Shown one piece after another: positions 18,821 through 26,033 of a stretch of 64,000 bases of DNA. The position numbers and the translations under genes were made by a program. The notes under the pieces are model-generated. The model was given only the letters and a program-made list of their open reading frames with translations, made no database searches and was not told the DNA's origin. The stretch is from a virus (Duplodnaviria; Heunggongvirae; Uroviricota; Caudoviricetes), in the IMG/VR virus record IMGVR_UViG_3300021400_001778, positions 8,923 through 72,922 of that record; one strand, given 5' to 3'. The stretch's first letter is position 1, and each line of letters begins with the position of its first letter.

Positions 18821-20143
18821 TCATTCTTCAAACTTATCTTTGAGTTTTAAATAAAGTTCGTATAATTCTTTTTCTCTGTCGCGCGACAAATTATTTTTAT
18901 AATCGTCAAGAACGGCTTTAGATGGTGTTGTAATAGCACTTAAACTTTCTTTTGTTGCATGGGTATATACATTTTCTGTATTAATCGCCCTGTGTCCTAC
19001 CATAAGTGCTGTACTAACTACATTCGCCCCTTTCGCATTATTAGCGATAGATATAGCTGTATGTCTTAAAGAGTTAATTGATAATCCTTTCATTCTCCCT
19101 GTTTTAGTTAAATGTACATCTCTATCAATCCCCATCTTATCGCAAACTAAATTAAAGCCAACGCGCATAGTTGCGTTACTTCTTCTTTTGCCGTTTCGGA
19201 ACGTGGGATAGAGTAAATCATCTGGATTATTCAGACAATGCAACTTAGTTTGTTCTTGCATATACTCAACACATTCTCGGCATAAATCGGACATAACAAC
19301 AAACCTACTTTCGCCGTTCTTCGGTACTTTCACATATTCTTCTATGCCGTTATTCTTCTCATTGTTTATGAATCTCGTTGAACGTGTTTCAACAATGTTA
19401 ATTATATTCTGTCTAAAGTCAATGTTACTATTTCGCAAAGATGCAAACTCGCTTTCTCGCATACCCGTTTCTAAAAGGAATAGTATTACAACTGGATACT
19501 CGCTAATATTTTTCTTATAAGCGTAATAGAATTTTTGTATGTCCTCGGCGGTAAATACTTCTTTGCGATTTTTTAATTCTTGTTCGCGTTTGTGGTCGTA
19601 TTCGTCTGCTACTTCTCGCGGTACTCTTGCAATTTTCGCGTAATTCTCATCTAACAAACTTCTGTTTACAAGGTATTCGCAACACCTTCTGCATAGTTGA
19701 ATAGGCAAAGAGCATGTTTTTCTTGATTTCTTTTCAAGGATTGAGTTGTAATAACTTTCAAATTCTGTCGATGTAAGCAAATGAAGCTGATAATTTGCAA
19801 TCGGGAATGGATAGAAATTAACCTTCATATTTGAGCAGTAAGTTTTATAACCACTTGCAGTTATATTCGGCTTAATCTCGTTATCTATAAACTCGCTCAT
19901 ATATTCGCCAAATGTTTTACCTTTTGGAATTTTCGCATCCTTTCCTTTCTCTATCTCTTTCTCCCAAGCACGTTTAGCCATTAGCGCGTTTTTCTGCGCT
20001 TCTTCCTTTGTGCTTCCCCTTCTTTTAATTCTTTTTGCATTACCTGTTTTGGGATTTGGATATTTCGCAACCATAACGCATTCATATTTACCGTCCGTTA
20101 ATTTTCTTACGCTACCCTCTCCGTTTTGTGCCTTATTTCTCAT
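18821..20143 (-). CDS. int: Tyrosine-type integrase (site-specific recombinase, 440 aa) with an N-terminal arm-binding domain
   Basis: C-terminal catalytic motifs ...LRHTAISIA...MVGHRAINTENVYTHAT (R...HxxR...Y); N-terminal AP2-like segment SVRKLTDGKYECVMV. Confidence 0.85.
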   Translation of the reverse strand: MRNKAQNGEGSVRKLTDGKYECVMVAKYPNPKTGNAKRIKRRGSTKEEAQKNALMAKRAWEKEIEKGKDAKIPKGKTFGEYMSEFIDNEIKPNITASGYKTYCSNMKVNFYPFPIANYQLHLLTSTEFESYYNSILEKKSRKTCSLPIQLCRRCCEYLVNRSLLDENYAKIARVPREVADEYDHKREQELKNRKEVFTAEDIQKFYYAYKKNISEYPVVILFLLETGMRESEFASLRNSNIDFRQNIINIVETRSTRFINNEKNNGIEEYVKVPKNGESRFVVMSDLCRECVEYMQEQTKLHCLNNPDDLLYPTFRNGKRRSNATMRVGFNLVCDKMGIDRDVHLTKTGRMKGLSINSLRHTAISIANNAKGANVVSTALMVGHRAINTENVYTHATKESLSAITTPSKAVLDDYKNNLSRDREKELYELYLKLKDKFEE

Positions 20144-20449
20144 TTTGCCTCCGTTATCACATTTTTAAAAATTGTATGCGAGAGTGATAATTTTTTGTGA
20201 TAATGGAAACATTATAAAACGCCCCGAAACATAATTCAATTAGTAATTTCTACCAATCCGAATCACGTTTTGAGGCGTTTCGTCATGTTTTATTTGGTTT
20301 AGATGAACAATTTTTAATTACTTAGCATAATGAATAACTATAACAAAGTTATTCACTATTTGTTGGATTTATGCGTCTTTTCATAATGATAGATTGTAAA
20401 TGTGATAATTATTTGTGATAATTAAAAAGCGGCGAAACATTACAAAACA
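20144..20449. promoter_or_regulatory. Intergenic region upstream of int with repeated TGTGATAAT motifs: candidate int promoter and arm-type or operator sites (possible attP vicinity)
   Basis: tttttgtgataatgg (~20190) and aatgtgataattatttgtgataatt (~20399-20425); no ORF. Confidence 0.3.
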
Positions 20450-20644
20450 TTATATTATTACGTTCTTACCTTTATACAATTCAAAAAATTTCGCGTTGTA
20501 CTCGGCGGTTGTGTAATACTGTTTGCCAACTTTGAATGCATATTTTATATTATACATTAATTTTAAAATCCGTAAAGCCTTATCACTTTCACAATCATAC
20601 ATATGCATAATATCCTTTTTGCTTATGTAATCTTGTTTGTCCAT
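20450..20644 (-). CDS. Small DNA-binding protein, excisionase (Xis)-like
   Basis: 64-aa basic protein immediately upstream of int. Confidence 0.4.
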   Translation of the reverse strand: MDKQDYISKKDIMHMYDCESDKALRILKLMYNIKYAFKVGKQYYTTAEYNAKFFELYKGKNVII

Positions 20645-20655
20645 CTATTCCGTTG

Positions 20656-21009
20656 TTATGCCTCCTTGCTCGGTATATCTACATAATCGCAAGGATTAGC
20701 GATAATATAATTGTCCAACACAGCGTCAATTAACATCTGGCTGAACAATGCTCTTATATCTTTTACATATCTCCTTGTGTATCCAATTCCTGTCTTACTT
20801 CGTTTATTTGGTGCTTCAAATAGTAAGTAATTATAAAAATCTTTGATATCTTCGCGAGTAACATCTTCTAAATTCTTACGCTTATCGCTAAAATAATTTC
20901 TGATTAATTTATATCTGTAATGGTATCCTTCTTGTGTTTTGCCGTTAATTATTTTATTTTTATTCTTAATCCAGTTATCACAGTATTTTGTAAATAAAAT
21001 ATTTTTCAA
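20656..21009 (-). CDS. Stand-alone integrase N-terminal SAM-like domain (truncated second integrase or remnant; no catalytic domain follows)
   Basis: ...REDIKDFYNYLLFEAPNKRSKTGIGYTRRYVKDIRALFSQMLIDAVLDNYIIANPCDYVDIP resembles the Phage_int_SAM N-terminal domain that normally ends in the ANP motif. Confidence 0.5.
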   Translation of the reverse strand: MKNILFTKYCDNWIKNKNKIINGKTQEGYHYRYKLIRNYFSDKRKNLEDVTREDIKDFYNYLLFEAPNKRSKTGIGYTRRYVKDIRALFSQMLIDAVLDNYIIANPCDYVDIPSKEA

Positions 21010-21026
21010 AATTTCACCCCGCTCTC

Positions 21027-21812
21027 TTAGAATAATTTTTCGATATATTCTCGCCCTTCTTTCTTAAATGCGGGAATTTCTAAGTCAATATACCACTTGT
21101 CTCTTGCGAAAACGCTCTGTTCTAATGTCGGCGCAGTTTTGATAAGGGGAACTTTTTTCTTTATACAGCAACTACCCAAAAGATGATGCGATTCGTAATT
21201 AGACAGATAGTCGTTCTTTTCGTGGAGCATACCAATAACTTCATCTCTTGATTTGTTTTTTAATTGCTTATCAGAATAATGCGTCCTTGCAATCATATTT
21301 ACTGCATTCCTAAAAGCATCAGATTGCCGCCAGTAAAAATAATTCGTAACTTCTTCTTTAGGAATATTAAACGTTCGGCAATCAAATGTGACATATTTAT
21401 GGTCATAATATCGTTCAAAAAGTTCATCGAATTCATTTTCGTAATCTTCTACATTTGCTTCGTATCTATTCAAGAAAGCCGCAGTTGCCATACTTGCGAT
21501 AACGGAGCAAAGTTTCTGAACTCTATACCCGAAAAACGGTTCTGCTCTTTCATTTAAATAGTTCGCAAGAAGCAGAGATATTTCGTCCGACTGTGTATAT
21601 CCTAATACGCAACCTTGCACATTTTCACAAAGATACTGCATAGTATCGCGCATTGTTCTTGAAAGAACATCATCAAATGGCTTTTGAAAATTCTTTGTGA
21701 ATGTATGAAAACATCTGCCATCGACCCTAACAATGACTGGCTCGTATGGGTCGAGAGCGACATTAAACTGCCGCTCATAACCCTTCATTCTCTTATCAAA
21801 TTCTGTATACAT
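21027..21812 (-). CDS. Thg1-like protein (tRNA-His guanylyltransferase family 3'-5' nucleotidyltransferase)
   Basis: PYEPVIVRVDGRCFHTFTKNFQKPFDDV and LGYTQSDEISLLL match the Thg1 motifs VVRxDGRxFHxF...KPxD and GYGQSDEYSF; size 261 aa. Confidence 0.7.
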   Translation of the reverse strand: MYTEFDKRMKGYERQFNVALDPYEPVIVRVDGRCFHTFTKNFQKPFDDVLSRTMRDTMQYLCENVQGCVLGYTQSDEISLLLANYLNERAEPFFGYRVQKLCSVIASMATAAFLNRYEANVEDYENEFDELFERYYDHKYVTFDCRTFNIPKEEVTNYFYWRQSDAFRNAVNMIARTHYSDKQLKNKSRDEVIGMLHEKNDYLSNYESHHLLGSCCIKKKVPLIKTAPTLEQSVFARDKWYIDLEIPAFKKEGREYIEKLF

Positions 21813-22027
21813 TAAAAACTTCTCGCTTTCATAGAATTAAAATACTCTTCAAGATATTCCATTGCTTTATCGTCTTCTATGTAGAAAATGTCTACAATAC
21901 CTTTTTCTGAAAACACCCATCTTTTGAAGTTTTCAATTAATTGGCAAAATCGCCAATCTGGAACAAAATCTTTGTGATATTCTGCTAATGTCATATAAAA
22001 CGGTTTAATTCTTTCTGGATTTCTCAT
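21812..22027 (-). CDS. Hypothetical protein (71 aa)
   Basis: ORF whose stop is coupled (ATGA overlap) to the Thg1-like gene start. Confidence 0.3.
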   Translation of the reverse strand: MRNPERIKPFYMTLAEYHKDFVPDWRFCQLIENFKRWVFSEKGIVDIFYIEDDKAMEYLEEYFNSMKARSF

Positions 22028-22043
22028 TTAAATTCTCCTTTAT

Positions 22044-22292
22044 TTATAATTCTTCAAATTCAAAACAATTCCAAAATACTCTGCTTACTGTTGTGCAAAA
22101 GAATTCGTGATATTCCTCTCTATTGTCATCCATTGAAACGTCAAGTGTTTCTGCATACCCCGCCAATTTTGTTTGGCGAATATTATATGTTATATAAATA
22201 ATATCTCCGACTTTCAAATCTTTAAAAAATTTCGCGTTTGTTTTCTTTAACACTTTTGTTACTTTGAAACGTCCTGATAATTTCGAATTCAC
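22044..22292 (-). CDS. Hypothetical protein (82 aa)
   Basis: ORF only. Confidence 0.3.
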   Translation of the reverse strand: MNSKLSGRFKVTKVLKKTNAKFFKDLKVGDIIYITYNIRQTKLAGYAETLDVSMDDNREEYHEFFCTTVSRVFWNCFEFEEL

Positions 22293-22313
22293 TACTTATA
22301 TACTCCTTTTTAT

Positions 22314-22904
22314 TTAAAATTCTCGCGCTATATAATGTTTAAACTCTGAATATGTATTAAATTTGCTCCTAAAACTCGATTGAATATCTTCGAGATGCAA
22401 TCCGAATTTTTCTGTTACAAAATTAATATACTCAAAATCATATACCTTTTTTCTACGTTTATTTTTCTTTTTGATAATATCGAAAACTTCACTTTTAGGA
22501 ACTTTATATTCTGCGAAAAGATAATTAGCCATATCCCGCGAAGAATATTCTTCAAATTGACAAATGGGACAAAATTCTTCTGGCATTTCATAGCACCATT
22601 CTGATAGAATGTTTTCAATAAGTTCACCGTCACTCATCTCGGTAATCTCATCTTCCGAAAGTCTATAAAATTCACTCATTCTATAAACTTTCCTCATACT
22701 ATTGTTGATTTGAGTTATAAATTCTAACAACTTATCTCTCGATGGAATTAACATATGTTCATCACAAATAACGTGTCCATTCATACATTCAAACATATCC
22801 CCATCTCGTACTGAACAATCCCATCCTGATACTTCGTTGCCGCATATATCACACACATATGATGACGAACTTGAATTTGTTACAAAATCTTTTCTGTATT
22901 TCAT
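22314..22904 (-). CDS. Paralog family member 1 (MKYRKDFVTNSSSSSYV N-terminus; Cys-rich, Zn-binding-like C-terminal part)
   Basis: Shares the N-terminal ~16 aa with four neighbouring ORFs; the remainder is unrelated. Confidence 0.6.
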   Translation of the reverse strand: MKYRKDFVTNSSSSSYVCDICGNEVSGWDCSVRDGDMFECMNGHVICDEHMLIPSRDKLLEFITQINNSMRKVYRMSEFYRLSEDEITEMSDGELIENILSEWCYEMPEEFCPICQFEEYSSRDMANYLFAEYKVPKSEVFDIIKKKNKRRKKVYDFEYINFVTEKFGLHLEDIQSSFRSKFNTYSEFKHYIAREF

Positions 22905-22916
22905 TTTTACCTCCGC

Positions 22917-23396
22917 TTAATGATGACTAAAACGCTTGATAGTACAATCGAGATATGGCATAATATCATGCTCAAGGTCTCCGTCAGTGTGGTCACAATA
23001 TTCGACTTCTGCCAAATATTCACAATCATCAATTTTTTCTTTGAAACGCTTATATAACTCATCTATCTTTGAATTTACAGCATCATCAAATTCTTTTTTA
23101 TTTTCTTCCTTCTCAATCCATTTTTCAAAATTTGTATAACCACCCAATTTATCCTCGTAACTATCTTCTAAATAAAATTTCACATTCCATCGAACTTCAT
23201 CTTTAAATATTTCAAGCGCATATTCTTTTGTTATTCTGTGTTTTTTTATATCACGCAAAACTTCATCATATTTATAAATACTGTCACATTTAACCATTGA
23301 TTCTTTTAATTGTGAATCTATATCATTTTCGCTTTTAAAACCAACTATAAAACTACTTGAACTACTATTTGTTACGTAATCGCATCTTATTTTCAT
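22917..23396 (-). CDS. Paralog family member 2 (MKIRCDYVTNSSSSSFIV...)
   Basis: Conserved N-terminal motif; acidic, divergent C-terminus. Confidence 0.6.
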   Translation of the reverse strand: MKIRCDYVTNSSSSSFIVGFKSENDIDSQLKESMVKCDSIYKYDEVLRDIKKHRITKEYALEIFKDEVRWNVKFYLEDSYEDKLGGYTNFEKWIEKEENKKEFDDAVNSKIDELYKRFKEKIDDCEYLAEVEYCDHTDGDLEHDIMPYLDCTIKRFSHH

Positions 23397-23408
23397 AATA
23401 AATTCTCC

Positions 23409-23909
23409 TTATCCTACATCGTGTTGTATTAATAAGTGTTTGCGGCATGTCTGTTTTAAAAACCCGTTTCTTATAGCCCATTCAAGTAATCCACCATTTG
23501 TATCCCAAATTGTAGAAAACACAATCTTTTCAGAATTATCTATTTTGTTTATAGATTCAATATAATTATTATCGTTTTTTATTTTATCATCTATTAAATC
23601 TTTACACTCTTTAGATTTTAGATACACGAATAATTTGATTAATGATAAATTTTCAGTTTCATTTTTTATGTTGTTTTTTACTTCTTTTTCATATTTTGCA
23701 TAATATACATTATATAAAAACTCTTTCGCCCGTTTTTTCAATTCTTCTTGTGATGCTCTGTGTAATTGCGACTTAATAAATGTCAGTAATTCGTTATAGT
23801 CATACCAATCCATTTCTTCTACAAATTCTGCATAATCATCATTTGTGCTAAATGTTAAAATAAAACTACTTGAACTACTGTTTGTAACATAATCGTTTCT
23901 AATTTTCAT
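23409..23909 (-). CDS. Paralog family member 3 (MKIRNDYVTNSSSSSFIL...)
   Basis: Conserved N-terminal motif; divergent C-terminus. Confidence 0.6.
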   Translation of the reverse strand: MKIRNDYVTNSSSSSFILTFSTNDDYAEFVEEMDWYDYNELLTFIKSQLHRASQEELKKRAKEFLYNVYYAKYEKEVKNNIKNETENLSLIKLFVYLKSKECKDLIDDKIKNDNNYIESINKIDNSEKIVFSTIWDTNGGLLEWAIRNGFLKQTCRKHLLIQHDVG

Positions 23910-23911
23910 AA

Positions 23912-24350
23912 TTATTCCTCTATTAAAACTATGAAATCTTCTGACTCCGCGGCGGCGATAACCTCTTTAAATTTATCCGATTCATCGTAATCAACATGTT
24001 TTTCAAATATAGAATACCCTTTACTTATATACTCTTTACCTTTTTCATAAAAAAATCTGGTGCAGTAATCATCTTCAAGAATTTCATCTAATGTGTTACA
24101 TTTCGACCAAGGGTAAGAGTACTGTTCTATAATATAGTTTTCAAGTTCTTTGACACTATTAATTATATAAGCGTCCTCCGTGTAATTATTATCATTACCG
24201 TATAATATAAAAATCATCAAACATTCTTTGTAAACAATCAATAAATGGGTATTTCTCTCGTGTCTCGCAATCAACTTCTGGGAATTTTTTATAAGCGACT
24301 ACAAAACTACTACTGCTTGAGTTAGTTACAAAATCTTTTCTAATTTTCAT
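23912..24350 (-). pseudogene. Paralog family member 4, frameshifted: MKIRKDFVTNSSSSSFVV... starts at 24350 and stops after 50 codons; the 120-aa ORF 23912-24274 continues in another frame
   Basis: Manual translation from the ATG at 24350 reaches a stop near 24198; overlapping ORF in a different frame. Confidence 0.45.
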
Positions 24351-24903
24351 TTTCGCCCTTTCTAATTTTATTATAAGTATATAAATAAAACATGTTATCT
24401 ATCGCGTTACCAATTGTCGCAACCCAAAGCATAAAAACAAAACCAGAGTTGGCAATCATAGAAATTAAAGAGCCAATTATAGTCGCGATGGCGTAACATG
24501 ATGATTCGTTATTATCATATTTCGCGCGTTCATCATCACTATATATCAGCGTTTTTAGTTTATTACTACCACAAATGATATTACGAGACACTATTGCGAA
24601 AATCAAAGTATCCGCTATATAGTAGGCGCGAATATCATTCGTAGTAATAACATAAATTGTTAAGCTAAAAGTTAATACTATTTCACAAAAACAAAAGACA
24701 GGAAAGTATCTAAAAAGTATTTTTTGTCTATTCCATATAAATCCAAAAAATACAATTGATAGGCAGTTCGTTATCTGGCTAAGAGCAATTAACTTATTAC
24801 TTACATTCTCCATGATTACTTTATGTATACATGGATATGACGCTGAATAAAATATAGTTGCAAATAACGCGCCAAGCAACATACTATCAAGTTTAATCTT
24901 CAT
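24340..24903 (-). CDS. Polytopic membrane protein (187 aa, about 5-6 transmembrane helices)
   Basis: Multiple hydrophobic segments; embedded within the paralog cluster. Confidence 0.45.
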   Translation of the reverse strand: MKIKLDSMLLGALFATIFYSASYPCIHKVIMENVSNKLIALSQITNCLSIVFFGFIWNRQKILFRYFPVFCFCEIVLTFSLTIYVITTNDIRAYYIADTLIFAIVSRNIICGSNKLKTLIYSDDERAKYDNNESSCYAIATIIGSLISMIANSGFVFMLWVATIGNAIDNMFYLYTYNKIRKGENEN

Positions 24904-25174
24904 TTGTCATATACTCGCGCTCCATGTCTTTACACTTATCGGCTCGTTTTTTATCTCCGTGTTTATAATTACCTTTACCGCACCAGTCGCTATTTGTTTT
25001 ATAACAATCTTCATGGTCGTGGATTTTACCGTCAATATACTTTCCTAAAATTCCGTCATTATAATCTTCCGCGTCGCCCCATATTTCATTGCAAAGTCTA
25101 TATTTCCTTATTGCTTTGCGATACTTGTCTTTTCTTCTTTTGCCGCGCTTTTCCTTTTCGTAATTTCTACTCAT
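24893..25174 (-). CDS. Small highly basic Lys/Arg-rich protein (93 aa)
   Basis: ORF; an overlapping plus-strand ORF 24904-25197 is judged spurious. Confidence 0.3.
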   Translation of the reverse strand: MSRNYEKEKRGKRRKDKYRKAIRKYRLCNEIWGDAEDYNDGILGKYIDGKIHDHEDCYKTNSDWCGKGNYKHGDKKRADKCKDMEREYMTNED

Positions 25175-25177
25175 ATA

Positions 25178-25528
25178 TTATTCAGAACCCTTCTTAAAAT
25201 ATTCGCTATCGTAGTCAAGAGAATTATAAAGAAATCTGTCAATATACCCGTCATCGCTATCAGCAGTACCGCTGAAAATCTTCCAATCTCCAAGCGTTAA
25301 TAAAGGCGTAGTGTGTAATTCGCATGAAATATATCTTTGTATATCTTTTTCTTTCTTTTCCTGTGTAACACCGCAACCCCACTTCTTTTCATAATCTGTA
25401 ACTTCGCTTGCCTCTTTATTTGCTAATACAAATTTCTTAACTTCATCTTCAATGTTAGCATCTTTATGAATGGCAATGACGTAAGAACTCGAACTGCTAT
25501 TTGTCACAAAGTCTTTTCTTATCTTCAT
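25178..25528 (-). CDS. Paralog family member 5 (MKIRKDFVTNSSSSSYVI...)
   Basis: Conserved N-terminal motif; divergent C-terminus. Confidence 0.6.
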   Translation of the reverse strand: MKIRKDFVTNSSSSSYVIAIHKDANIEDEVKKFVLANKEASEVTDYEKKWGCGVTQEKKEKDIQRYISCELHTTPLLTLGDWKIFSGTADSDDGYIDRFLYNSLDYDSEYFKKGSE

Positions 25529-25530
25529 TA

Positions 25531-25713
25531 TTATTCATCCTTCTTAATATATCCCGCTTTTTCAAGAACATTAAAAAAATCTTCTACCATATGTTTGCCC
25601 ATTGTTGGCGTAATATGCGAGAAATCAATATTGTAATCTAAAAGAATAGATGCTAAACATCCCCATTCTGTTAATACAAATTTTTTATCATCATTAATTT
25701 CATTATTTTTCAT
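25531..25713 (-). CDS. Hypothetical protein (60 aa)
   Basis: ORF only. Confidence 0.25.
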   Translation of the reverse strand: MKNNEINDDKKFVLTEWGCLASILLDYNIDFSHITPTMGKHMVEDFFNVLEKAGYIKKDE

Positions 25714-25730
25714 TATTTGTTATCCTCTAA

Positions 25731-26033
25731 TTAATCACCGTTTATATAAAAAGCATTATTGTCGCATTCAACGAAAATAACATCTTTACCTCTACCATAA
25801 TGATTTCCCGCATAACATTCACCCATTATTTGATTATGAATATTTTTAAAGTATTCAATATTTAACTTAATGTATTCAATCGCGCCCTCTTTTGTTTCAA
25901 AATCCTGTTCTGTTTCCCAAAAGAACGCCCGTTGATTTGTTACAAAAAACGTGTCTATATCAGGACAAAAGGCTATAACATAAGTATCATGTTCTCTCAT
26001 TGCGTCATCTGGTATTTCTTCATAAATTATCAT
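25731..26033 (-). CDS. Hypothetical protein (100 aa)
   Basis: ORF whose start is coupled to the stop of the upstream gene. Confidence 0.3.
   Translation of the reverse strand: MIIYEEIPDDAMREHDTYVIAFCPDIDTFFVTNQRAFFWETEQDFETKEGAIEYIKLNIEYFKNIHNQIMGECYAGNHYGRGKDVIFVECDNNAFYINGD

Noticed and set aside
18821-20143. Integrase as evidence that the window spans a prophage end with host DNA
   Set aside because: Phage genes (lysis, Thg1-like, paralog families) continue on both sides; no host-like genes or att core could be identified within the window.
24904-25197. Plus-strand ORF 24904-25197 overlapping the minus-strand basic-protein ORF
   Set aside because: It is antisense to a more plausible ORF in a uniformly minus-strand block; the translation is Tyr/Arg/Leu-rich and looks like a shadow.
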